This document shows positions 10,708-20,811 of a DNA stretch of 64,000 nucleotides, piece by piece. Location of the stretch: assembly GCA_027078545.1 (NCBI GenBank), contig JALWXN010000004.1, positions 1,078,611-1,142,610 of the forward strand, given 5' to 3'. The stretch's first letter is position 1. Every line of letters begins with the position of its first letter. Origin of the DNA: Nitrososphaeria archaeon. GTDB taxonomy: Archaea; Thermoproteota; Nitrososphaeria; Geothermarchaeales; JDFR-13. Made by a program: the position numbers and the translations under genes. Below the pieces are notes generated by a model. It had not been told where the DNA came from, searched no databases, and saw only the letters and a program-made list of their open reading frames with translations.

Positions 10708-10914
10708 CCGGAGTAGCTAGGATTGTGTTTGGGTGCTGCCCCAGACACATTTCCAGTAGCAACTATGCGGGGCGAATTATTTATAGGAGAATTGACGCAC
10801 AGGTGGCTATAGAGCAGCCGGATACTTCTATGTGGGGGGAAATATTTAAAGGAAAATCGACACGTATCCCTAGGTAGCCCCCTTAATTATTACCTATGCC
10901 GAATAGAGTTTCTA

Positions 10915-11697
10915 TTGACCCCCCGGTCCAAGGTGGTGGCATTGGCCAGGACACGGTCATTCAGGAAGGTTCTAGAGACGCCCGAGGGCGTCACCCAGCT
11001 AGCAGTCGTCGGGGACATGGCCGACATCATAGTCGAGCCCCACGACGACGACACCATAGTCCTACACGGCTTCATACTGGGTGGCGACCCACCCCTAATA
11101 GACGTCTCCGAGGGGGAGAAGCAGATAGACATCACGATCAAGAGGGCCAAGGCCGAGAGCAGGCTATACTCACTCAAGATGAAGATGTTCGTCCCCATAG
11201 AGAGGATAACAGAGATGCTCAGCATAACCCTAGAGATAGGCGACGTAAGGATAGACGGCGTCCCAGTCAAGATCCTAAAGATAGACACCTCCAACGGAGA
11301 CGTGATGGTGGGGGGTGTAAACACTGAGCAGGCAAAGCTCTCATGTAGGAATGGAGATGTCATGTTCAGGGGAGGATCCTTCAAGGACGGATACTTCACC
11401 ACGATAAACGGCGACGTGAGGCTAGAGATACTCATGGATAGGGGCTACAGCCTCTACGCCTCCTCGAAGAGGGGTAGGATAAGGATATCCCTACCAGTAA
11501 ACACATCGGCAAAGATCAGGGCCAGGGCACTGAGGGGGAGGGTCATGATAACACCGAAGTCAGCGATAAGGGAGGATGAGGGTGAGGAGGTTAGGACGAT
11601 AGTCTTCGGGGATGGAGACGCGGAGATAAGGCTGGAGACCCTAGACGGCGACATAAGTATAAACCTCTTCGCCACACCCCCCGTGGAGACCGAGTAG
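10915..11697 (+). CDS. DUF4097-family beta-strand repeat protein
   Basis: Repeated T/SxNGDV units (TSNGDV, CRNGDV, TINGDV, TLDGDI). Confidence 0.75.
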   Translation: MTPRSKVVALARTRSFRKVLETPEGVTQLAVVGDMADIIVEPHDDDTIVLHGFILGGDPPLIDVSEGEKQIDITIKRAKAESRLYSLKMKMFVPIERITEMLSITLEIGDVRIDGVPVKILKIDTSNGDVMVGGVNTEQAKLSCRNGDVMFRGGSFKDGYFTTINGDVRLEILMDRGYSLYASSKRGRIRISLPVNTSAKIRARALRGRVMITPKSAIREDEGEEVRTIVFGDGDAEIRLETLDGDISINLFATPPVETE

Positions 11698-11779
11698 ATC
11701 CTCTGGAGCCCCGGAATACTTTCACTACCCATATTTTTAAAGAGCCTCCACAACCCAGTTATTGTAGGAGGGGAAACTA

Positions 11780-12361
11780 GTGGTAAGGAAGTATAGGGTC
11801 TCGGGCTTCACCCTCCACTTCCAAGTCTCCCCGAGGACTGGGCTCCTCGAGAACATAGTCCTAGTCCTAGAGGTTGAGGGCGACCCGAACAAGGTATTGA
11901 AGATGCAGAACATCCCCCTCGAGATAGCCATCGAGCTGGAGAAGTTCGCCACGACAGAGTCCCAGCTAAACATCGAGAACAACGACTTCAGGATGAGTAT
12001 CTTCGACGTCCTGATGGAGATTCCCAACGTTGAGAAGATGCTTAGGCAGAGCGTTAAAGAGATAGTTATAAACAAGCTCCACAAGGATAGGAATGTCTAC
12101 TCCGCGGAGGTCCACCTGGTAGACACATATAGCGGTAAACCCGCGGTTGTCGAGATGATACCGAGCCACGCACTACTCCTCTCGGTCATGGGTAACATAC
12201 CCGTCTACGTCTCCGAAGACCTCCTGATGGACAGGAATAGCGAGCCGACAGGGCCTGAGGACTACTTCAACATGTTCATAGACGACGAGATACTCGACCC
12301 CGACGAGATGGGCTTCTTCGACGACTGGGACGACGAGGACGACGACCTGGAGAACCTATAG
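11780..12361 (+). CDS. Bifunctional nuclease (DUF151)-like protein, divergent, with acidic tail
   Basis: YSAEVHL...EMIPSHALLLS...IPVYVSEDLL corresponds to the DUF151 D-x-RPSDAIALA...PIYV motif. Confidence 0.65.
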   Translation: MVRKYRVSGFTLHFQVSPRTGLLENIVLVLEVEGDPNKVLKMQNIPLEIAIELEKFATTESQLNIENNDFRMSIFDVLMEIPNVEKMLRQSVKEIVINKLHKDRNVYSAEVHLVDTYSGKPAVVEMIPSHALLLSVMGNIPVYVSEDLLMDRNSEPTGPEDYFNMFIDDEILDPDEMGFFDDWDDEDDDLENL

Positions 12362-13144
12362 CGACAATAGGTCCAGCAGCCTCTCCAAGAGGTGGGGTGT
12401 AGAGGCGGAGACAATCTTTATACCATACACCTTGCTGAGCCTGACATCCCTGGAATCATCCTGGGTTATCCATACATGTCCACCCGCCTCCCTAACTATC
12501 AACTGGCTAGCCGCTATATCGAAGACTCTGAGACTTCCCCTAACGTCTACATGGGCATCTAGCCGGCCCTCAGCCACCATACAGTCCTCCAGAGCCGCGC
12601 TCCCGAAATGCCTAGGATAATTCGTGTATCTCAGCAGCTCAAGGGTGGTGGAGACACCGGGGTATTGATGTACGATGGAGATGGATATGAAGGCATCGAT
12701 AGTCTTCAAAGTCCTCGACACCCTTATCTCCCTACCGTCCTTATAGGCTCCCCTCCCCCTGTAGGCTGTGTAGGTCTCCCCCGTGAAGATGTTCCTAACT
12801 ATCCCCGCATAGACACCCTCCATAGAGTCGGACTCTGCTATCGCTAGTGAGACCGCGCTGAAGGGGATACCCCTACTCAGATTACTCGTCCCGTCTATAG
12901 GATCCACCACCAGTATCCAATCCTCATCTGGCTCGTAGTCGTCGAACCACTCCTCACTGATGACCCTCGGCCTAAGCCCCCTATCAAGTAGGAACTCCCT
13001 GAGGGCGGATGCAGATGTATAGTCCATCCTCCTGCCATACTCCTTAGGGTCATCTGGGCCCTGCTCCATATTCCTCAGGACTGCGTCGGACATATATTCA
13101 GATGCCGCCCTGAGTATCTCACTGGCCTCCCTAAAGCTGAGCAT
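12356..13144 (-). CDS. Inositol monophosphatase/FBPase family protein
   Basis: SEE, VDPIDGTSN, GSAAL, FDIAAS. Confidence 0.9.
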   Translation of the reverse strand: MLSFREASEILRAASEYMSDAVLRNMEQGPDDPKEYGRRMDYTSASALREFLLDRGLRPRVISEEWFDDYEPDEDWILVVDPIDGTSNLSRGIPFSAVSLAIAESDSMEGVYAGIVRNIFTGETYTAYRGRGAYKDGREIRVSRTLKTIDAFISISIVHQYPGVSTTLELLRYTNYPRHFGSAALEDCMVAEGRLDAHVDVRGSLRVFDIAASQLIVREAGGHVWITQDDSRDVRLSKVYGIKIVSASTPHLLERLLDLLSL

Positions 13145-14485
13145 CTAGCCCCTAGCCTCCTCATCAGCAATCTTGAGGGCCTCGTCCAGAGCCTCGACAC
13201 CCTTGTCAATATCCTCCTCATTAACGATGAGTGGCGGTGCTATTACGAAGTGGCTTATCCAGTTCATCACCAGGACACCCTGCTCCCTCATCCTCGCGGC
13301 AACCCTATCCGTCATCAGCCTCCTACCCGCCAGCTTATCCTCCCTAGTGTTGAAGGGTTCCTTGGTCTTCCTGTCCCTCACGATCTCCACAGCCCAGAAG
13401 AGGCCTAGCCCCCTCACATCACCTATACTCGGATGCCTATCCATAAGCTCCCTGAGCCTCTTACCCAGGTATTCACCCATACGTCTACTCCTCTCGATCA
13501 GGCCTAGCCTCTTATACTCCTTTATACTAGCCTCTATAGCCGCCATCGTAACAGGGTGGAAGGCGAAGGTATGTCCAACAGCGAAGAAGTGGTCCTCGAA
13601 GAAGCTGGCTACCTCCCGATCCACAGCCGTTATCCCTACAGGCACGTAGCTAGAGGTGGCGCCCTTAGCCGTGGTCATGATATCCGGCTTAACATCCCAG
13701 TTCATATGGGCGAACCACTTCCCTGTACGCCCCCAGCCAGCCATCACCTCGTCGAATATGAGGAGGAGGCCATGCTCATCAGCGATCTCCCTGAGCCTCT
13801 CATAATACCCTGGGGGAGGCACGATCACACCATTGGTCCCAGTCACGGGTTCCATGAAGATAGCCGCCACATTCCCCTCCCTCCTAACCATATAGTCCAC
13901 ATACTCTGCACAGGCTAGGCCACACTCTGGATATGACAGCCCGAAGGGGCATCGGTAGCAGTAGGGATCAGGTGCGAAGACAGTGCCCCTAACATTGGTA
14001 TGGAGCTCCACCGAGACCCTCCTAGGATCACCCGTGAGGGATATCGCCCCAGCCGAGGAGCCGTGGTAAGACTCATACCTAGCTATGACCTTATAGGCCG
14101 GCGCCCTATACATCCTAGCTATCTTCAGGGCATCCTCATTAGCCTCCGCCCCACTGACGGAGACGACGAACTTTGAGAGGTTCTCGGGAACAACCTCTCT
14201 AAGGGCTTTGAGGGCACGGGCCCTGATCTCATGGGCATATGCCGGGCCTAGATATGCGAGGTCGTCCAGCTGCTGCTTAACAGCCTCTATAACATTCCTA
14301 TTCCCATAGCCAAGGTTCACACATACCAGCTGGCTACTGAAGTCTAGGAACCTCCTACCATCCCTAGTGATTAGGTATGCACCCTCACCCGAGACGAACT
14401 CTAGTGGAGGCCTCCAGTCCCTCTGATACCTCCACGTACCAAAGGCAAGCTCATGGTAGATCTTTGACGGGTCACCCGGATCCAT
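13145..14485 (-). CDS. Class III PLP aminotransferase
   Basis: SGAEANE, YHG, MEPVTG, FDEVMAGWGRTG, TAKG, DVRGLGL. Confidence 0.92.
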   Translation of the reverse strand: MDPGDPSKIYHELAFGTWRYQRDWRPPLEFVSGEGAYLITRDGRRFLDFSSQLVCVNLGYGNRNVIEAVKQQLDDLAYLGPAYAHEIRARALKALREVVPENLSKFVVSVSGAEANEDALKIARMYRAPAYKVIARYESYHGSSAGAISLTGDPRRVSVELHTNVRGTVFAPDPYCYRCPFGLSYPECGLACAEYVDYMVRREGNVAAIFMEPVTGTNGVIVPPPGYYERLREIADEHGLLLIFDEVMAGWGRTGKWFAHMNWDVKPDIMTTAKGATSSYVPVGITAVDREVASFFEDHFFAVGHTFAFHPVTMAAIEASIKEYKRLGLIERSRRMGEYLGKRLRELMDRHPSIGDVRGLGLFWAVEIVRDRKTKEPFNTREDKLAGRRLMTDRVAARMREQGVLVMNWISHFVIAPPLIVNEEDIDKGVEALDEALKIADEEARG

Positions 14486-14532
14486 AGATAAATAGTATGG
14501 ATGGCGGGGTGAAATAAGGCTCTAGAAGTACA

Positions 14533-16761
14533 TCACCAGCCCACATTACCAGTAATCTCTATAGGTCCTGGCGAGTAGAGCAGCCCCCTACTCCTGTCGA
14601 GTATCATGGTCTGGTTACCCTCCATATATGGGTTGGTGAAGCGTATCCACATGATCAGGAAGTTGTCAACGGCCCTGTAGCCTAGGACCCTGAAGCTCCA
14701 GACCTCCACCTCAACCGGCTGATACATTGATATTGGGATGTCGTTATAGATCCTTATCCATCCACGGTCACCCGAGACTACGATCCTCATAGACTGGTGC
14801 TCAACATGGCCAGCGGCAGAGAAATAGATCACTCCTATAGCCATCGTAAGGTTGCCATACCAGGATGGCAATGTCTTGCTCAGCCCCCAGTATAGTAGGT
14901 AGCCCCTCTGGAAGGTTCCATAGCTACTCGACACAACTACGAAGAGCTGGTCGATGAACGGGTTAGACTCGTCATATAGATAGCTTAGTGAAAAGTCCAC
15001 ATAGCCGCCCAGCCCCGTCTGGCCCAGAGCCACCAAGGTAGAGGAGTCGTAGAGCGAGACTGGTAGGAGGGGGATGGGGAAGCCCGTCAGGCTGGAGACC
15101 ACCCTCACCCTGAGGGTCCACCTACTGAGTATAGTGCCTCCATTATTCACCGAGGTGAGCTCGTCATAGACCGTTTCATTAAGCACCATCAGGGACGAGG
15201 CCCCCGGCACGTCCCACATCTGCACCCTGTCAAACAGGGATCTATAGACCATCACCTTCGTCCCAGGACTGTTCATCGACCAGTAGACTAGGCTCCATGG
15301 AGAGAGCGTGGTATTCACATCCCTGATATCGGCCCATGAACCCCCAGCATTGTTGAAATAGTCCACCTTAATATTCTGTATACCAGCCGAGGCTAGGAAG
15401 GCCCTCCATATATGGGCCTCCTGGTAAGAGTTAGAGGTGGCACCAAGATACATGTTGTTCAGACCAGCGGCAGTGGCGTTGAAATCGGTGAGCCAGACTA
15501 CCTGAGAGGAGGAGCCAGCACTACTGTATAGGACGATATTAGTGTCGCTAGCCCCCGTGAAGAAGGATCTCGATACGTTTAGGAATAGGCTGCTAAAGTC
15601 CCTTGTATAGGTGGCTAGATTATACCTCTGGGAGGAGACGGCAGTCAACTCCTCAACCTCAGCTATCTGCATAGACGCACCGAAGGTCAGGAACCTTATA
15701 TTGGCATCCCTAGGTCCGGAGAGATATGCACCATCTATCACGGACCTGAAGACAGCCGCAGAGTCGGAGTAGATCTGGATATTCTCAAAGGACGGCGTAG
15801 AGTCCTCATACACAGTCAGGTTGTATACCTCAAGATTAACCTCGGAGTTATGGCTAGCCAGTATCACCAGGTTCCTCCATACATCAGCATCTATCAAGGT
15901 CGTATTCACGATTGATACGTTAAGCCTAGTCGTGAAGTATGCCTCGAAGAAAAGATTATTAAACGTGCTGTCGAAGACAGTCACATTCCTTATGAACACT
16001 TCTGTATAGCTATTGGGGCTATGCGTATTGCCGAAATAGCCGTAGATCCCCTCTATAGCCTGGCCAGAGACATATGAATCCCTGAGCCAGATCGTCCTAT
16101 TATTATCTCCATAATCCCTGATTATAACGCCGTAGTGGGCGGTGAAGACTGTTAGATTAGTCACGTTTACCCAGGAGTATTGTGAGAGGCCAGGTGAGTC
16201 CACCAGCTCAAGCCCCCAGAAACCGCCTCCTAGATAGATGTCTGTGAGCGTTGCGTTGGAGTGGTTAACAAGTATCCTTGCCCTAGATCCAGGCCCATTA
16301 TCAATAACAGAGACGTCCGTCAGCCGAATATCATCGGAGATATTGATGTGTATACCGGGGTACCACCACATGGTGTTCAGGTTTAGCTGGAGCCTCCTAA
16401 GGACTACATCCCTACTACCGTTTATGAATATTGTCTCGAAGGGGGCCGACCTAGTGATCACCAGGTCCCTAAGAACGATGTTCCTAGAAGATAAGATCCT
16501 TACACCCGATGTCGGCTGGAGAATCCATGTATATCCATTCCCATCTATCAGTATCCCTACCTGACCCACAATATTGACAGTGGCCGTCTCCACAATGTTA
16601 GAGCTAAAGAATATGTTGGTACATCCATTGGCCAGGGCAGTAGCCACATCGGGGTAATCAACTGGGACGTTGCAGGAGAGTGCCGCAGCCTCATATCCAT
16701 ACCCAGAAAAGCCTACTAGGAGGAGTAGTGGTAGGAGGAGCCACGCTAGGAGACGCGGCAT
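14533..16761 (-). CDS. Secreted right-handed beta-helix (pectin lyase-like) protein
   Basis: Signal peptide, VPVDYPDVATAL cap motif, Asn-rich beta-strand repeats, many NxS/T sequons. Confidence 0.6.
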   Translation of the reverse strand: MPRLLAWLLLPLLLLVGFSGYGYEAAALSCNVPVDYPDVATALANGCTNIFFSSNIVETATVNIVGQVGILIDGNGYTWILQPTSGVRILSSRNIVLRDLVITRSAPFETIFINGSRDVVLRRLQLNLNTMWWYPGIHINISDDIRLTDVSVIDNGPGSRARILVNHSNATLTDIYLGGGFWGLELVDSPGLSQYSWVNVTNLTVFTAHYGVIIRDYGDNNRTIWLRDSYVSGQAIEGIYGYFGNTHSPNSYTEVFIRNVTVFDSTFNNLFFEAYFTTRLNVSIVNTTLIDADVWRNLVILASHNSEVNLEVYNLTVYEDSTPSFENIQIYSDSAAVFRSVIDGAYLSGPRDANIRFLTFGASMQIAEVEELTAVSSQRYNLATYTRDFSSLFLNVSRSFFTGASDTNIVLYSSAGSSSQVVWLTDFNATAAGLNNMYLGATSNSYQEAHIWRAFLASAGIQNIKVDYFNNAGGSWADIRDVNTTLSPWSLVYWSMNSPGTKVMVYRSLFDRVQMWDVPGASSLMVLNETVYDELTSVNNGGTILSRWTLRVRVVSSLTGFPIPLLPVSLYDSSTLVALGQTGLGGYVDFSLSYLYDESNPFIDQLFVVVSSSYGTFQRGYLLYWGLSKTLPSWYGNLTMAIGVIYFSAAGHVEHQSMRIVVSGDRGWIRIYNDIPISMYQPVEVEVWSFRVLGYRAVDNFLIMWIRFTNPYMEGNQTMILDRSRGLLYSPGPIEITGNVGW

Positions 16762-16913
16762 GGAAATTATACGTTTACCGAAAATATATAAGTTATAAAC
16801 TATATGTCACGACTCGTCGGGTGGAATGCGACGCTTCCTTATAAATTTGTCTAAAGACGTCTCTGGCCCTTAATATATATGGGCGTATATATCGCCCGAG
16901 TCAGAGGTGGTCT

Positions 16914-17873
16914 ATGGAGGCACCATCCAAGATGTCGCTGGCAAGGTATGTAGCTAGGAGGGTATTACAGGCAGTCCCCACGCTCCTAATACTCATAGTA
17001 TTCATGTTCATACTGGTGAGGATACTCCCCGGAGACCCTGCCAGGCTCATAGCCGGGCTGGAGGCAACGGAGGAGGATGTTGAGAGGATTAGGGAGGCCC
17101 TCGGGCTTAACAAACCATTACATGAACAGTTCATAGACTATATGTCCGGCCTACTCAGGGGGGATCTAGGGACATCCATAAAGTATGACCGGCCCGTCCT
17201 AGAGGAGATACTCGCCCGGTTCCCCAAGACCCTTGAGCTGGCTATAGCTGCAGAGCTGATAGCAATAGCGCTGGCAATACCCCTGGGCGTGGTATCCGCT
17301 CTTAAGCCCTACACGAAGACCGGATTACTAGCCACCATCGTCTCCCTGATAGGCTCATCCATGCCCATCTACTGGCTAGGCCTCATGCTAATATACATCT
17401 TCAGCGTCCAACTAAGACTACTACCCTCCTCAGGGACGGGAACATTGGCACATCTCATACTCCCCGCCGTGACCCTCGCAACACTATTGATGGGGAACCT
17501 TGTAAGGATAACGAGGGCCTCGGTCCTCGAGGCGCTTGAGAGCAACTACATAGTGACCGCGAGGTCCAAGGGCCTCAGGGAGGAGGTGGTGGTCTATAGA
17601 CACGCCCTTAGGAACGCCTTGATACCGATAATCACGATAACAGGTCTACAGCTAGGCGCCCTACTAGGCGGGGCTATACTCACAGAGACGGTCTTCGCAT
17701 GGCCCGGCCTGGGCCAGCTACTACTCACGGCCATCAATAGCCGGGACTACCCCCTGATACAGGGGATCATAATCTTCTACGCAGTCATCCTCATAGTCAT
17801 CAACCTCGTGATAGACATTGCCTACGCCTATATAGACCCAAGGGTGAGGGTGTCACTATGGAGCAGCGGGTAG
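16914..17873 (+). CDS. dppB: Dipeptide/oligopeptide ABC permease (DppB-type)
   Basis: PGDPA, GDLGTS, TARSKGL, HALRNA, ETVFAWPGLG. Confidence 0.92.
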   Translation: MEAPSKMSLARYVARRVLQAVPTLLILIVFMFILVRILPGDPARLIAGLEATEEDVERIREALGLNKPLHEQFIDYMSGLLRGDLGTSIKYDRPVLEEILARFPKTLELAIAAELIAIALAIPLGVVSALKPYTKTGLLATIVSLIGSSMPIYWLGLMLIYIFSVQLRLLPSSGTGTLAHLILPAVTLATLLMGNLVRITRASVLEALESNYIVTARSKGLREEVVVYRHALRNALIPIITITGLQLGALLGGAILTETVFAWPGLGQLLLTAINSRDYPLIQGIIIFYAVILIVINLVIDIAYAYIDPRVRVSLWSSG

Positions 17874-18754
17874 AGACTAGGGAGAGGGAGGAGGAGAGGT
17901 CGGGGATCAGGGAGTTATGGAGTAGGTTCAGCGCCAACAAGGCAGCGGTAATATCCCTATACGTCATAATAGGCCTGGGGATAGCCTCGATACTCGCCGA
18001 CTACATAGCCCCATACGACCCATACGCCTTCGACATAGCCCGTAGACTAGAGCCGCCGAGCCTCCAACACCCCTTCGGCCTAGACCACCTCGGGAGAGAC
18101 ATACTGAGCAGGATCATCCACGGAGGGAGATACTCCATGGGTATAGCATACGCCTCAGTCCTCCTAGGAGCAGCAATAGGTGTCCTCCTAGGCGTGGTCT
18201 CAGGCTACTACGGCGGCTGGGTAGACGATGTTATACAGAGGTTCACAGACGCACTCCTATCACTACCCACCCTACTACTCGCCATAGCCCTAGTCACCGT
18301 CCTAGGCCTAGGCCTACAGAGCCTAATACTATCCATCGGGATAAGCACCGTCCCAGTATACATCAGGCTGGCCCGCAGCCTAGCCCTACAGGAGAGGAAT
18401 ATGGACTACGTCGTAGCCGCTAAGATCATGGGGAAGGGCGACGCATACATCATGGCTAGGCATATACTCCCAAACATAGTATCACCCATACTCGTCCAGT
18501 CAACCTACTACATGGGGCTAACCATACTCATAGCATCCGGCCTAGGATTCCTAGGCCTAGGCGTCCAGCCACCAACCCCCGAGTGGGGATCCATGATAGG
18601 CCTAGGGAGGAACTATATCTATGCAGCCCCCCACGTAGTAGCATTCCCCGGGATATTCATACTCATAACGAGCCTCGCCTTCAACATCCTGGGCGACGGG
18701 CTGAGAGACGCCCTAGACCCCAGGATGGCCAAGTATATCAAGAGGGGTGTATAG
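17858..18754 (+). CDS. dppC: Dipeptide/oligopeptide ABC permease (DppC-type)
   Basis: HPFGLDHLGRDILSR, HILPN, PEWG, GDGLRDALDP. Confidence 0.92.
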   Translation: MEQRVETREREEERSGIRELWSRFSANKAAVISLYVIIGLGIASILADYIAPYDPYAFDIARRLEPPSLQHPFGLDHLGRDILSRIIHGGRYSMGIAYASVLLGAAIGVLLGVVSGYYGGWVDDVIQRFTDALLSLPTLLLAIALVTVLGLGLQSLILSIGISTVPVYIRLARSLALQERNMDYVVAAKIMGKGDAYIMARHILPNIVSPILVQSTYYMGLTILIASGLGFLGLGVQPPTPEWGSMIGLGRNYIYAAPHVVAFPGIFILITSLAFNILGDGLRDALDPRMAKYIKRGV

Positions 18755-18756
18755 AG

Positions 18757-19722
18757 ATGCCGCTCCTAGAGGTGAGGAACCTAAAGGTCTACTACGACCT
18801 GCCACAGGGGACTGTAAAGGCCGTCGACGGGGTATCCTTCAGCCTGGAGAAGGGGGAGATACTAGGCGTAGCCGGGGAGAGCGGCTCCGGGAAGAGTACA
18901 CTGGCACACTCAATAATAGGCCTGGTGAAGCCGCCGGGCAGGGTAGTGGATGGAGAGATAATATTCGAGGGGAGGAACCTACTCGAGCTGAGTGAGGAGG
19001 AGCTCCGGGAGATAAGGGGTAGGGAGATAACAATGGTCTTCCAAGACCCAAACACCTATCTAAACCCAGTCCTAAGGATAGGGATACAGGTCGGGGAGGT
19101 CTATGAGGCCCACCTAGGGATAGAGCCTAGGAAGGCTATCGACAAGGTGGTCGACCTACTCAGGAAGGTCAGGCTGACAGACCCTGAGAGGAGGGTGGAG
19201 TCATACCCCCACGAGCTGAGCGGGGGGATGAAGCAGAGGGTCATGATATCCATGGCCATAGCCCTCAAGCCGAAGCTGATAATACTCGACGAACCCACAT
19301 CCGCGCTAGACGTCACCATACAGGCCGAGATAATGGAGCTCCTCATAGAGATGAGGGATGAGCTGGGGGCCGCAATGATCTTCATAAGCCACGACCTGGA
19401 GCTGCTGGGCCAGGTCTCAGACAGACTAATGATAATGTATGGAGGCAGGCTCGTCGAGATAGGGGAGACCGAGGAGATCTTCAGAGACCCCCTACACCCA
19501 TATACAGAGGCCCTCATAAACGCCATCAAATACGTAAGGAAGACGGAGCTCCCAACACTGGAGGGGGAGCCCCCAAGCCTACTAAAACCACCACCCGGCT
19601 GCAGATTCCACCCAAGATGCCCGAAAAGGATGGAGAGGTGCAGCCAGGTCGAGCCGGGCGAATACCTAGTAGGAAGTAGGAGGGTCTCATGCCTACTCTA
19701 CGAGGAGGAGAGTGATGCCTGA
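18757..19722 (+). CDS. dppD: Dipeptide/oligopeptide ABC ATPase (DppD-type)
   Basis: GESGSGKS, LSGGMKQR, LDEPT, HPYT, Cys-rich tail; start taken at MPLLEV. Confidence 0.92.
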   Translation: MPLLEVRNLKVYYDLPQGTVKAVDGVSFSLEKGEILGVAGESGSGKSTLAHSIIGLVKPPGRVVDGEIIFEGRNLLELSEEELREIRGREITMVFQDPNTYLNPVLRIGIQVGEVYEAHLGIEPRKAIDKVVDLLRKVRLTDPERRVESYPHELSGGMKQRVMISMAIALKPKLIILDEPTSALDVTIQAEIMELLIEMRDELGAAMIFISHDLELLGQVSDRLMIMYGGRLVEIGETEEIFRDPLHPYTEALINAIKYVRKTELPTLEGEPPSLLKPPPGCRFHPRCPKRMERCSQVEPGEYLVGSRRVSCLLYEEESDA

Positions 19723-20677
19723 ACCACTCATAAAGGCTGAGAACATAAAGAAGTACTTCCCCGTGAAGAAGGGCCTGATAGGCGGGACCGAGTATGTAAG
19801 GGCGGTCGACGACGTATCCCTAGAGATAGGGGAGAAGACGATAACCGCCCTGGTAGGCGAGTCCGGCTCTGGGAAGACGACGCTCGGCAGGATAATGGCG
19901 GGGATATGGAGACCAACCAGCGGCAGGGTACTCTACCGAGGAATAGACATCCATAGAGACGGGATGAGGAGGGAGGTTAGGCATAGGATACAGATGATCT
20001 TCCAAAACCCAGACTCAAGCCTAAACCCACGTATGAAGATCCTAGACATACTGGGGGAGGCAATAACAGAGGCGGAGCCCGGGATCAAGAAGGACGAGCT
20101 AATAGAGAGGGCCACCAAGCTCCTCGAGGAGGTGAACCTACACCCAGACCACCTATATAAATATCCACATGAACTCAGCGGTGGGGAGAAGCAGAGGGTA
20201 GCAATAGCCAGGGCCATAGCGCTCGAGCCAGAGTTCATAGTGGCTGATGAGCCCGTCTCCGCCCTAGACATATCGATAAGGGCACAGATAATAAACCTAC
20301 TAGCCCGTATACAGAGGGAGCATGGGATAGCGATACTATACATAGCCCACGACCTAAGAACAGTCTGGAACATAAGCGACTACGTAGCGGTCATGTACCT
20401 AGGCAAGATCATGGAGTACGGCCCCACAGAGGAGGTATTCAAGAACACGGGCCACCCATACACGGCTACACTACTCTCTACAGCACCACTCCTACCAGAG
20501 GAGTTCAGGAGGCACAGCCTAAAACCGATCGGTGAGCCACCAAGCCTTATAAACCCGCCGAGAGGTTGCAGGTTCCACACGAGATGCCCACTAGCCAGGG
20601 AGGAGTGTAGAGAGGTGGATATGAGGCTCATAGAGATCGGGAGGGAGCACTACACAGCATGCCCATTCTGGAGATGA
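19712..20677 (+). CDS. dppF: Dipeptide/oligopeptide ABC ATPase (DppF-type)
   Basis: GESGSGKT, LSGGEKQR, ADEPVSALD, HPYT, CRFHTRC. Confidence 0.92.
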   Translation: MMPEPLIKAENIKKYFPVKKGLIGGTEYVRAVDDVSLEIGEKTITALVGESGSGKTTLGRIMAGIWRPTSGRVLYRGIDIHRDGMRREVRHRIQMIFQNPDSSLNPRMKILDILGEAITEAEPGIKKDELIERATKLLEEVNLHPDHLYKYPHELSGGEKQRVAIARAIALEPEFIVADEPVSALDISIRAQIINLLARIQREHGIAILYIAHDLRTVWNISDYVAVMYLGKIMEYGPTEEVFKNTGHPYTATLLSTAPLLPEEFRRHSLKPIGEPPSLINPPRGCRFHTRCPLAREECREVDMRLIEIGREHYTACPFWR

Positions 20678-20811
20678 GTATATACCTGAATAAACAGAAC
20701 CTTTTATATCTAGACAAGGGAGGATAAATATATACGAGGATTCTCTGTATATATCATTATAATCAAATCCTTAAATAGTATATACATCGGAATCTACCTA
20801 GGTGTAGAACC

